The notes beneath the pieces are model-generated. The model searched no databases. It saw only the letters and a program-made list of their open reading frames with translations, and was not told the DNA's origin. The position numbers were made by a program, and so were the translations under genes. 64,000 bases of DNA from Balanoglossus misakiensis (Eukaryota; Animalia; Hemichordata), in NCBI GenBank assembly GCA_040954595.2, contig CM082584.2, positions 9,815,061 through 9,879,060 on the forward strand, in the 5' to 3' direction. This document shows, piece by piece, positions 1-13,400 of the stretch; position 1 is the first letter of the stretch, and every line of letters begins with the position of its first letter.

Positions 1-862
1 ATAGCCAGTCATCCAGCCAGCAAGTAGAGCAGGCAGGACATGAGTGACAGGAATACAGACGTCAGAGATGTCAAATTAAATGTCAACACCGTCTCGTACA
101 CACCTTTATTGCTCATGATCTCTGTGTACAAGATGTCCCTAAAGAGCGGTGATTGCGTGCATGCCACGCTAATAAACCCACGATGTGTATTCTGTATTTC
201 ATCCGCACCATCTACATGTACAATGTGCCACATTCTGCATGAACGCCTTTCACTTATAACCAAATCACGAATGATAAGTGGTTGTTAGATTTAGCCGTTG
301 TTTATATGATTTTGAGTCTACCTTACATGTTGAGTTTATTTCCAAAACAGTTTATTTATAAATGAGATGTAACATATGTTTTAAACATTGATGTAATTTA
401 TCAGTCGGTTTAAATAGCAGAGTGCATGTGTATTCATCTAAATTTTGTCTGGAGAGAGCACTGGCAGGCCACAGATATTTAATTTTTCACTTTCTTTTTT
501 CCAGATCATCTTTGTTGTCAAATCAGATTTTGTCTTTCGATAAGTATATCATTACCGCGTGATTATTCTCCTTTCAGCTGAGCACAGAATGACAAAAGAG
601 GCAATTTCATTCGTCATTGATAATCCACACCTTATTAGCTACCGCTTGTTCGCGGTGCCTAGGATCTTTTCTATGTTATTAAAGGACATGACCTTTTCTG
701 GCTTATATCTTTTCAATTTAAAACCATTTGTTTGTGATCACTACTTATGTCGGCTACATATATCTATTTCATTTCTTATAAAAAGCATATTATAGCATTT
801 GTTGCTATAATGCGAGTAATTTCTACGATTTAAGTTTAATAATAATTTCTCTTGTATTTCAG

Positions 863-2235
863 CGCTGGCTACTAGAAACTACGACAAAATGTGGAAACGT
901 CAGCGAGCCTTCACTTTAAACGTCCACCGCAACATCGGCGTCGGCAACAATCTCAATTTGGAAGAAATTATCAAATCAGAAGTGACCCTGTTCGCCAACG
1001 CCATCGGTGAACTCCAGGGCGAAGCCTTTCCGCCGGACCTGTACCTCGCAAAAGCCGCTGTGAACATATTATCTGCCATATTGTTCGGCAGTCGCTACGA
1101 TTACGGGGATGCTAAATTGGAAGAGCTCGTCCGCAGTTTGCTGGACATCCACGCGCTGATCAAGAAAAGCGAGGCGCTGTTCACGTATGCGCCGCTTTCG
1201 TGGCACGTTCTCTTGTGCCGGCGGAGACGTCTGCGTCGGTCGTACGAAAGTCTCCTGAAGTCGCTCTCGGTCCTCGCTGAAGAGCACAAGCAGACACCCG
1301 CCGCCGGAAAGATGAGGCACGCCTACGATCTGTACACCCGCGAGGTTGCAAAGCAAGAGGCGGGCGAGCGCAGCATCTTCGAGGAGGACGCCAACCCGGA
1401 CGACAGCCTCCTCCACAACCTCGCAGAATATTTCTACGCAGGCGCCGTCTCCATGGCGAAAATCCTAGAAACGGTGTTCGTGCAGATGGTGGACCGACCG
1501 GACATCCAGAAGAGGGTCAGAAAAGAGATCAAAGAAGTGAAATTTCTGAACGGACACAGAACCCCCACCGTGGAGGACATCGAAAATTCGCAATTCAGCT
1601 ATGCAACCATTCTGGAGGTTCTCAGACTTTACCCGCTGGAGCCACTCGGTTGGCCCAGGTGCACCACGCAGCCAGGTGAAATCAACGGATACGCAGTTCA
1701 ACGAGGAACCATAATCCTCACCAACACACGAGCCATCCACCGCGATTGCAGGTACTGGGCAAACCCCGAAGAGTTCAATCCAGAGAGATTTATTGACAGA
1801 TCGACGTGGAGAGTGAAGGTGGCGGAGACACCCGCCTTCATACCATGGTCTGTGGGTAAGTCAACATTGTCCCTGCATATCCCAGACACCAGTCTTCTGA
1901 TATTGTAGAACAGAGAAAGTATGGATGAAGATAATGTGGTTGGATAATCAGAAAGATTGAATATACAATGTACAAATGTATTCCATCGACATTAACAAAT
2001 ATTGTATATATATTCAGGTCCCCGAAAATGTGTCGGAGAGACTGTCTCAAGATTGGTGATCTGGTCATTCTTTGCTTCAGTCATGCAACGTTATCAGCTG
2101 GTGGCGCCCGCAGAGAACCGACAGGGAACCCTAAACGGCATCAACATATTCCGTCGGTCAGTCAGACCCGGACTTAAGACGGGGAAAATATGCGCCATCA
2201 GTGAAAAATGTCAACTGGGAAATTCCCACGCCTGA
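863..2235 (+). CDS. Cytochrome P450, clan 2-like, 3' part (exons 863-1855 and 2018-2235; N-terminal exon(s) not found, probably upstream of the window)
   Basis: Acceptor ttcag at 858-862, helix C WKRQR, I-helix YFYAGAVS, ExxR (EVLR), PERF (FNPERF). The heme motif PWSVG|PRKCVG is split by a phase-1 GT-AG intron at 1856-2017. Stop at 2233-2235. Confidence 0.93.
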
Positions 2236-2826
2236 TGAACAAGCCAGCTACCAACGAACCACCTTCCAGAATTTGACATTGCGCATGTATCGCAAACTGA
2301 ACTATGTTTAACTTTGTTTTCCCAAAGTCACTCCAGCAAGGGAAAATAATTAATTCAGTATTTATTAAAGTGGTCAGTCTGAAGAGACAGAAAAAGTATA
2401 GTACTCTTGCAGTATATGCATTATAACATGCTAGGAACCTTTCATTTACAATACTATGACGTCATATAACTTTCTTTCGCTGTGATCCGGTGTAGGATAA
2501 TCCGTCATCATCACATCGCTTGACAACTGAGCAGCTACGTCATCATATCATACATGGGTTGAGGGGATATAAATTGCAAAACGAGTCGTGTTGTTTTATT
2601 GTCTTTATAAGTTAATTACGATTCATAGTAGGACGTATCGATGTTATGTAGATTTCGTCATAAACAAGTAAAATAAAGTGTTGGGTGTTAAAAAGCATAC
2701 ACAAGTTTTCGATTTGCGTCTCTGTAGGTAGATTTTTAATTCGCCGTATTAAACATTTCAACTGAATTGCACGGGCCCGCAATATTGAAGCGCAGTAGAC
2801 TACAAATAGGTCCTTGGATCCTATAA

Positions 2827-3626
2827 GGCTGCATTCACAAACACCTCTGGAGGGGGGGGCGGGAGAATTCAATTTTTTTTACCGTTAATTTTCACATGCC
2901 CCCCTCAACAACCCGAAATATTTTCAAATCCCCCCCTTCCGAACTGCTAAAATTTTCAAATCCCCCCCCCCCCATTTTCTTTCACTCAGCAAAACATATC
3001 ACCTATCTATCTTGTAAAAAAAGAAAAACAGCGCTCCCATGAAAAGAATTTGAAACTGATGTTTCCCCTCATCAGTGGGTATTAAAACTGAACATTGTTT
3101 TTATTTTTTAAGTATCTGTATTCTATGTTGGGAGACATTGTAAACCAAGAATTGAAGGGGGTGGGTTTGGGAGGGGGTGTCCCCCTCCCAAGTAAGAAAA
3201 TTTTATAAAATACAGAGCTCAAAGCTGCATTTTAATGAACCTGGCAAAAGCACATTAACTCAACTACCGGTATGTTGGGGAGGACAAATTTAACCGCCGC
3301 CGCTCAAAGTTATCATGGGGTGGGGGCAAGTCCCCTGACCTGGGACACTAGATAAACCAGTCAATGATTGAAAGGTGTTGATAAATGGAGGGGGTGGGTG
3401 TGGGAGGGGGTGTCCCCCTCCCACATTAGAAAATTTTGTAAAATAAAGGGCGCGAAACTGCATTTTTGTGGACTCAAAATAAATATTTAGTCGTCAAAGT
3501 TTTCAAGTCCCCCCCTTTCAGTCCCTAAATTATTTCAAATCCCCCCCCTTACATACCCTCAATTTTTTCAAATCCCCCCCCTCAATTCTCCCGCCCCCCC
3601 CTCCAGAGGTGTTTGTGAATGCAGCC
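2827..3626. mobile_element. Non-autonomous DNA transposon (MITE), PIF/Harbinger-like
   Basis: Perfect 43-bp terminal inverted repeats (2827-2869 GGCTGCATTCACAAACACCTCTGGAGGGGGGGGCGGGAGAATT; reverse complement at 3584-3626) with TAA on both flanks (2824-2826, 3627-3629). Repeated subterminal TTTTCAAATCCCCCC motifs and an internal ~75-bp direct repeat (~3157-3232, ~3389-3466). No ORF. Confidence 0.9.
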
Positions 3627-3840
3627 TAATAGAACACCATGTTGGCCTATGGTGAGTAAGCTTCACTGGTTTTCAGCAGGCGTGTTTTGTTTAGTCATTG
3701 CTGCGGAATGATATTCCAACCAGGACAATTAACACATGCAAATTGTTACAATGCAATCAATAGCAGGTCACATAAGTCATTATTTTGGGAGTGGATGAAA
3801 GCGGGTTTCATTTTAACCATTGCGTTATTGTACTACATTA

Positions 3841-3856
3841 CCACTAGAGGGCGCTG
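3841..3856 (+). promoter_or_regulatory. CTCF-like binding motif
   Basis: CCACTAGAGGGCGCTG closely matches the CTCF core consensus. It lies ~650 bp upstream of the FCHO start codon. Confidence 0.55.
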
Positions 3857-4499
3857 TAGATTTCTTGGACGGCATGTACTTGAGGATTGTCCTGTTACTC
3901 AAATACGCATTTGTCCAAAAAGTCCCAACCTCTAATAATTTGGAGGTGAGCTTCCATTTAGAAACCGATTAACACTCAGACACAAATGAAATGTAGTAAG
4001 CAAGACTTTTTTTTACCTGTAAAACCCCAAGAGCTTCCACCTTTAGCTTTATTTTCCTTGATTTTTCTTTTAAAGTTACGTATTTTTCAGTTAGCGAAAA
4101 GCTGGTGGACAGGTAGGAATCACTTGATTGGCCAATAAAGTTTTTGACTGAGCAGGAGAGTTTCATATTTTCTCCATGAGGGGAACCAGCAAAAATTATG
4201 TGAGCTATGTACACCCTTAAGTCTAGAACCTAGCCTTCGTGTTTTTTTTTAGCTTTATGAGTTAGGAAAAGCGAAAAACATACGAAGGCTAGGTCCCCCC
4301 GCTCAGTCACTGCAGATAGCCGCAGTGCCGGCCTAAGTTTGACCTGCATCCCTAAATCTCGCAGTGAAACAACCGAGATTATTCGAGATTTCAGAGGTTT
4401 GAAATCCGCGCACGCGCAAATCAATCAAAATAGAATTCGCCATTTTCGGTGGTACTGAAGCTGTGCTCATGTAGGTTCACATCGGTTCAGTCAACAAAA

Positions 4500-7400
4500 A
4501 TGACGGGTTTTGTGGAAAATTTCTGGGTGAGTATCGATACAAGCAAATATATTACATGTTTGATCTATGTGTGTCTCTGCTTCGATGACAGCTGCTTGGT
4601 TGAGCAGAATATCCGTTTCATGACATGGGATCATGTACTCGATGAAATTGTTCCGGTTGGTACACATTCGGTGATCTCGGCATCGAACGTAGGGGCGAAA
4701 GTTTGAGTCATCGAGTGCAGAGTTACACGTGGAAACAACACGGTAATATTGGTTGAATATTAACAAAATTTCGTGTGTGTGTTGGTACTAGTGCCTGCCA
4801 TTTCACCGTTTCCTCGCCGTACCCCTACAGCCAAGGTTCATGCATTTGTCTGTGTACATTGCATTGAGGAAATTGATCAAGTCACCGGATCTGGGATTTG
4901 CCCCGTGAAAGAAAACCTGTCCGGTATACACTAGTCTCACAGAGGGGGCGTAGTCCTTCGCGTAGACCAGGTCACAGATAAAGATAAAGCGATTAAACCA
5001 CCAATGTTTAGCGATTCATTACAATCGACACTGTATGCCTGGTTTTTGATTGTTGATGTTTTGACGTCCAGAAAGTATCATTATGCACAACACAACTGTC
5101 ACACCTATCTATGATAGGTGATGGTTTTGTGTATTGTTTCTTTGAGGGCACAGGTCACGGGTTAGGCTAGTGGTCTTACTCAGGAAGCCATTTGCAATCA
5201 CTCAGATAAAAATGATGATAAATTATGGTATCATAACAGTTGAATAGATTTTTGGGATTCCAGTCAATTATCTTCACAGAGCTCTGTTATGCATACAAGA
5301 TAACTTCGACCTCAGTCTGTTGAGCAGAGTTAGCTCTGAGACTTCGTTCAGAAGATGATATGGATACTGCAGAACCACTCTCAGTCATACTAAGTAATCA
5401 TCTGTAATCTAGGGAGGGCATCAGCCTGGATCACTTAAACTTTGTTGACCTTCGTTGTAATTATCCGTGATGGGAAATTCTGATATGCCACCTGAGTGTA
5501 TTGTACAAAATGCTCTCACACAGCTGGATATATAAAAGATAGTGTAGTAGCCTGAAAGGTGTGTGTCAGAGAGAGTGGCATAGTTGCTAGGCTAGAATCT
5601 TGGCAGACGTTCAGGTGAAGTCTTGCTGCCTTATACTGTGATCTTCAAATGATCAGGGTGTAAGTATAGTCAAGGTGGGGTTGTATAATACAAGACGAAT
5701 AGCCCTACCTCGCCTGTAAGTTTACTTCCAAACAGTGATCTCAAAGTTCACGCTGCGGTATTGATGTCACAAATCAAATGAGTCGCGTGTTTTGGCATAG
5801 TTTTTGACAACAGTACACGCAGTGCGTGACCCCAATAATATATTACCATGAAGTAATGAAAAAATCAGTTACTTTCCCACCATGTGAATGACAGAAAATT
5901 ATGGCTTGCCACAACAAGTCTGTACTTATATCTATTCAGTGCATGCATTTGCTTTTGAGTGGGAGGGGGAGGGTTCAACGCAAGGGAATTTCTTTTCTGT
6001 GTAAATTATATCATAGGATAAGGTTAACCCTTGCAGCACAACTTCCATAGACTTTACCATTTCTTGTAAAATTCAGATCAGTGTTAATCAACGTGATATC
6101 ATTTGCTTCAAAGAAAGCTTTTAAAATGACAGTGTTGTGGCTTTTAGCTTTCACAAAGAGAATTTATGATTTTTTGTTGGCACTGTCTGCATGGGAAGAG
6201 GTTGAAAAGTTTGTCGTCTAGTCGAGAGTATGGTAGGCGAGGCCATATAAACTGAAAATCAATATTTGCTCAACAGTGATGAATGGAATGTCCCGGGCTC
6301 TCAGAGGTGGTTGGGTCTCACAGGAAGTGCCATAAATCACTTATTGCGCTGATCATAAATATTGTGAAGATCACTTTCCCTTGTCGCAAAATATGATTCC
6401 CTGACCCGTTGCAAAACATATTCTAGAGTTACGGTTACTCCCTTGCAATAGCCGTATTTAATTTCAGATCTGCCGCGGTCTCGGTAAATCTTCGCCAAAA
6501 CATAACTCTTGTCCGGTGTTTGATTGTTTCCAACCTATAGATAGTGAGAGATGTCATCTGAGAAGCTTTGAAAGCCAGTAAAATAGATGGCCCTGCCTTT
6601 ATTTATATCTCAGATCAGTTCAGCATGTTCACTGTTAAGATTTGGCAACACGCAATCTCATCACTGATCTGCTACATGCACAAAAAATATCCATGGAGTT
6701 TCTCGATGGGTGGGTTTTATAAATTTACACAACTACAGAAAAAAGTCAATTTATAACTATGATATAATCTGAGTAATTATTAATTCTCTCTTATGAGTTT
6801 GTCATCCTTAAATCGACTCTGGATTCACCAGGACTTGAACATATGCAATGAGAATAACAGAAATCAGCGTGACCATACTGTGTGTGGTCAGTTTCACAAA
6901 AGCCGAAATACTGGTTACTGTCCATGTCTTTATATTGCAGGCTTTGTCTCCTCCAATCTAATGACCTTTGGCATGTGTTAATCTACATTGTGCGGTAATT
7001 TCTATGCAGGTACATGTGTAGCCTCAGCCTGTAGTCTGAGCCAGCAGTGAGTCACAGTATATATTGTTTGGTTCAAGGCCAGACGGGAGATTCTCCATCT
7101 CTTCCAGACTGATGGATGGATGTTCATTTGGGGGTTTCAACTGTGACCCCGTATAAATCATATATGTTCAGTTATTAATATGTATACAACGTCTTCTATT
7201 GTCTCCATGCAATCCCCTTTTACATACAAGAAATACAGAGTTTGGAATACATTAGGTTTCCTGTTTCTCAGAAAAAGAATCACTTGCTTTGAAAAGGCTG
7301 TCTGGGACATACAATGTACGTTTGCATGCAATTGTACTGCAGTGCAATGGCTGTGTTGTATATTTAAAGCGCTAAAAAAAAACACCTATGCTCAAATTAG

Positions 7401-10400
7401 TTATTTTTAGGTCTTTATTGCCAGTGACAAATATGCGATATATGAAATGTGACCTGCAAGAAAAATAATGTGGATATATGACCCTGGGGAACAACATGAG
7501 ATTATGTCTGTATTCCTTGCGTTGGTTTCCGAAATTATTGTTGCAAGGTAGACGCATTGTTTTGCTTCTAAATAGCAGACAGGGTTCTGTTTCGTCACTC
7601 GCGTTTAGTTTCGCTCAAAGCACAGCAAGAAAAGTAGGGCAGAATATATTATGTATGACGACAACAGCGATGATAGTGGTGTGGTTTCCAGTCCCATAGC
7701 GCATTGCTGCCATAGGTTTGCTCGATTTGCTCAATGTCAGTTTGGTCAGAGCAAGAAACTACTAGCCCAGGCATTATATCATGAACACTCTAACCCACAA
7801 ACTCAGGCTGGCGGATTACTGCACAATTTCCCATGAAATGTACCGGTAGTATTTTTCGACATTAAAAGCCGGAAAATCCTAGAAAAAGGGTCCTGGAGTT
7901 TTGGATTGACTGTGAGCATATGCACCCTGTGTTTACAGGAAGTACGTGGGCTTAAAAATTTACTGAACAGCTGATAGACCTGGCATTTCAGCCTTGTTAT
8001 AATAGAGTTAGGGCATTTATTGCAAATGGAATAGCAATTACCACCCCAGGTGAGTGACATTGGGAAATGCTCTTACGGACTCTCACATGTGGAGGGTCGT
8101 CATCAGTTTTTACAGTTAAGCAAGTTTCCCAGTATCAAACGTCAGTTAGTTGCTACAGATGAAAACTCAGCTAATCCTGAGCTATTGGTTGGCATACTAG
8201 CCTGTGCCTTTGTTTTATATATGGAAATATAAGATGAACATGTATGGTATTGAGGCACAACAATGAGGTGCTAGATTGGCTAATCCAGTTTGGTCTTGGG
8301 TTAGCTTAGAGCGTACCCAAGTGTAAACTGAATTCTCACCTGCACCGTGTGGTATGCATGTATATGTGTGTAACTACAGGTATACATGTATTGTGACAGC
8401 TAGCCTTGAGAGATTATTGATTTGTATTCATGTACAGAGAATGAGGCAGCTGACGATATTGTATAATGGTATCTCGCAGTCTCATGTTTAGCTGTTGAAA
8501 GGTCAGCCCTGGTTAGTTGAAATAAATAATTTCAGGGTTTCGAAGGATTATATTAATCATCATAATATTCAATGTATATTTTACGTGTTGAATTCCAATG
8601 TGTGTACACTCAGTTTCACACTCTGAACACAAACATGTATATGATAGCCTTTGGTTACCGCGGTGTCATTGAGATTATTGCAGTGAGTGGTTGTTTCATT
8701 ATCGAGGCACAAAAACAAGTTGTAATTGATTGATCATGAAGGAAATTTCATTAGGGCTTCAGTTAAAGACTAATTGTTCAGTGTGTGTGTGTGTGCATCA
8801 TCGGGAATTGACCCTGAGAAATCAGTGACGTGTATCTTCTTAATTAATTAAAACTGACATAAAACCTTGAATTGTTTAATCTATGTCGAGTATTATACTA
8901 TTGAGTAATGTCAAGTTCCGAGGAAGGCCAGCGCCATCACACTTGTATCAGATTTGGCATCACAAATTAATAATGGCTTCTGCATGTATTTTTTTTTGTG
9001 TAGGGAGAGAAAAGTCAAGGGTTTGATGTGTTGTATCACAACATGAAACATCACCAGCTCACCAGTAAAGAAATGGCTGATTTCATCAGGGAGAGGTAAG
9101 GTTTCTACGGTAACTACATGTACAACACACACATTCATAGAGTGCACTTTTGATAATAGACGACATGTTTTACCTCCCAGCCAAAATGAGACTTTAATAT
9201 CAGAAATATTAACATGTCTTAGAAGTAAGGTTATACTGAACAGAATTGAACAGCATATCTTGCGCATATCTGTCCCGTACTAAAAATTTGAAGTTAATTC
9301 TTGCCGGTTTGCCTCTTGCATTTACCAGAGCCAATGTGGAGGAGAATTATTCCAAGAATATGAGCAAATTGGCCAAGACAGTCAGTAATTACTCCATTCT
9401 TGGGTAAGTAGATGTCCAGACAGTCATTAGAATACATAATATACTTTCACTTACTCAACCACCAAGCCATGATTTCTCTCATGGAACCTCCACCAAGTTC
9501 TCATAGCTGCCTCTTATCAATCGTTTAGTTCCGCTGACCTTGAGTTGACCTTTACAGAGTTAATCATCCGGAAAATATTACAGTTATGTATATCCTGTTT
9601 GCTGCCTTTGTGAAAAAATAACCCATATGGACTGAGAGAAACTCTATGGGAGTTAATTTATTCCACAATTAAAAGCAGCTGACGATTTTGTGCTTTTAAA
9701 TGAATTCCGTGGTTACTTATGTACATTGTATGTAGTATAACCAAGTTCCATTTGGTTGTACACGTACAGTACCTGTTGATTTGACTGAAGAAAAAAACAG
9801 AAATCCAAGCTGCTCAGAACAGTTCAGGCATTTGGGTCCACCTTAGCGTCCAAAATTCCAGATTCTCCAAGTACTTAAAATCAACAGATGTTTCATTTTG
9901 TCCCTTTCTGTTGTTTGACTACACCCACATCCAGCCGAAGCACTTATTTTGTGTTGATTTTCCGGCGCCGGCCATATGGCAAACCTCTTGATCTTCGTCT
10001 TTTTTTTCCCTGGCTTCATCTACAGAACTTTTGCCCCGTACTGGCAGATCATCAAGAGCTCAACAGAGAAGCTTGCCAGCCTACACATACAGATTGTGCA
10101 CAAGCTGAACGAAATAGCCAAAGAATTACAGAAATATACTGAAGAACAACACAAAAAACAAAAAACTGTAAGTGCACTTGTGGTAATACTTGTAAGATCG
10201 TTTCAGGTGATCACCATGTGTGTCTTAGCATATAAACAGCCATAATAATGTTCCAGATCTGTTTTGTATTTTTCAACTGGCTCATAAATAATTTTAAAGC
10301 ATTTTTTTTTTCATTTTCCGTCATCAGCAGGTGAAAGAGGAAGTGTCTGGCACAGCTGATTCAGTGCAGTCAATACACAACATAACGAGTGCACTGTTGA

Positions 10401-13400
10401 AGGTAGGCAAGCACGTTGCTGTGGTTTGTGTCAAGATGTAAAAGATGAATGTTTTTTCTAACTTGTAGATGTATGCTACTGTAACAACAGATAACAGAGT
10501 GCTTAGTTTTGCATGTCTGAGTAATTAATGAAGATCATTTTCATATCTCTACATCCCGTCCAGGCGAAAGAAAATTACAACAACAGATGCTACGACTTTG
10601 AAAGGCTGAAGAAAGAAAATGCCACCCCTAAAGAAATAGAAAAATCAGAAGCGAAGTACAAGAAAGCAAGTGAGTAACTGCCAAGATGTGTACCCAGGGG
10701 TCTAGGACAGGTACCCCCTGGAAATTATACCCGTACATGACCCTTGACCTATCTAGTGTGCGAGAAAGTTCTAGCTTGTAAATGTTTAAGATTCAATTTC
10801 TTGTTTCTTGTATCCTCACGATTGACCCCTGGTCTTTCTGAATCTGCCGTAGTGGAAGATTACAGGAGTTATGTTGAAAAATACAGAACTACCCGCGATG
10901 ATTTTGAGAAGAAAATGACAGATACATGTAAGGTAAGACCTGGAAAATAGTAGTTTTCACCTCAAAACAAATTAAAGTAAAACTGAAAAAATCAGGAAGT
11001 TTTGAAGAATGTGAACCCAGAAGTTTTATGAGCAAGTGAATTATACTCAAGACTGATTTATTTATTTGTATGTCTCTCTAATTATTTGCCCATTTTTGTG
11101 TTCCAGCTCTTTCAAAAAATAGAAGAAGCACATCTCACCCACATGAGGAAAATTTTAGGAGAATATAACACAACATGCGAGAGCACACATCACCTGGTTG
11201 GACAGGTAGGTCAAAGGTCATATCTCAGGACTCTTTCAAGCCTCCATTTTGACCACAGTACTTTCGCATTTGCATGTATTATTGTCACATCTGCCCAGTG
11301 GCAAGCACAAATGACAACATGCACGCATAATGAAAGTATAAACAGAGATGAGCTTCAGAGCGTCTTGGTGTGTTTTTTTATGACAGCTTGTTCTTGTTTT
11401 GTTGCAGGTGAACATCGAAACTCACGAGCTTTGTAACGGTTTTTCGATACCAAAGCTTATAGAGATGTACGCGGTGTCCAAAGGGACAGGGAAAGAAAAG
11501 CCAGGTGAGAGTGCATCATACACTGAACCCTCTGATTTTGTCCTGATCCTTTTATTTGGACATTGCAGGAAAAGTCCATGGAAGGCTACTTTAATCAACC
11601 TTTCACCACCATGGTTCAGTCCAAACCCATTGTTTTCTGTGGTAAGGCTGGACCACTATACAGGGAACTGGGGGTGTACGGGTTAAATTCTTCAGAGTCA
11701 AGGAAAACAACATTTCTGGAAAGTTGTTGTGGAAATTGACTGAGGTTCTACCCTGGCCATTGGCCAAAGCAAAACATAAAAGCTCCTCTTCGTCACTGGT
11801 GGGTGAGGTGCGTATGCCAACTGAACTGTTCCAATTTCTTTGACAGGTGCCATAGCGTTTGAAGAGTGCGACGTCTCCAACATGCCAACTCCCGAAGCAC
11901 TGCCCAGAGAAAAACTCAAAAAGAAGATCAGGAGACCCAAGAAGAAGAAGAACGACAAGGATGCAGAATCAGGGTGAGGATCTCGAACTATTTTCGTTTG
12001 CCAATAAACAGTTCTGTTCACAGACGAAAAGGTCTGTTGTTTATGTCTATAGAAATGCCCACATCAAGAAAAATGGGCTTATAATAGGTGATCAATCTTT
12101 TATGAACTCACCAAGCATAACAAATTCATATATGTTTAAACTAGTTTATATTACAATTCATTAGGGTGCATTGTGTATTAAAAATTATTTTGTTCTTGTT
12201 TTTTTTTTCAGAGGGACTCCTGATGGCGATCCTGTAAGTTTAATTATTCTGTGTTATATTTCATCTCACGAAAGAGTTTATCATAAACTCATTTATGTCT
12301 CTTCCATGTGTTATATCATATTTATGTTCATATGAAATGCTAGAAAAATGATGTTTCCACGATTTTCTTCTTTTCTTTGAAAATGTTGTCATAAGATATA
12401 TTTTACTGAAACAACACTAGTGTCTATTTCACTGAAACATAGTACTTGTAGAATTTTGTCAGCACATTGCACATACATGCATGTATGTTTAATGGGAAGC
12501 ACATATACTAATCTCTATGTCAAGGTTTTGTACACAGTGATCACTTAACCTGTTATTTATTTGTAGACACTGTTCACTAAAAACACCACTGTCCAATCTC
12601 TGTCTACGATGAGACCCAAGGATGCAAAACGAAAAGTATGATAAAGTAATAAAAAATTTTTTGACTGTTGTTGAAAAAGATTGGTGCTGAATTGGGGTTC
12701 AAAAGTTACAACTGTGCAGCTATGAATCTATGACCGTTCCAGCAATCCTTAGTGGTCAGATATCTGGTATACACAATGTCTCAAGACGGATTGACAGTGT
12801 GTGTCGTGTAATAACCACATAATTAATAACGTGACCTCTTTTCAGTCTTTCCCGGCTTCACCTTCAGCTTCCTCGTCACTCGGTGCCACATCTCCTAACT
12901 CTAACAACACCCATAGGGTGAGTTCAATATTGCTAACACAGTGGACTAACTTTAATAATTGGCTGTGGAGGCGCATAGCTTCTGCGTGGCATTGAGGGCA
13001 GCCTTTTGATTGCCATCACGGCACTGGCAAGAAAAGCTGGCTGGTCAATCAACCTATGTTGGATGGGAGTTGACCTGCAGCTTGACGAACTCCAATGTCA
13101 CAATGAAAAGACCCACCCTCACTGCTATAACTGTGCGTCCACAGCTACTTACACGTCAACCACTTTTGTTGAAGTCCTTTCTCCCTTTGCACTCTGACCT
13201 CCCTGGTGACCTACGACACCATTCTAAGGTTTTCCGTCAAGCCAAGTTCACAGTGTTAATCCTTTAGTGATATTTAACCTTTGCACTCTGACCCGTGGAA
13301 GTTTATCAGTGTTCCCGGAGAGTTTAAACTTTCAGGTCTTGGAAACAATTCACTCACTCACTCTTTCACTCACTCACTCACTCACTCATTCACTCGATTG

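Noticed and set aside
13145-13228. Additional 84-nt in-frame FCHO cassette exon
   Set aside because: Weak donor (AAG|GTTTTC) and no homology support.
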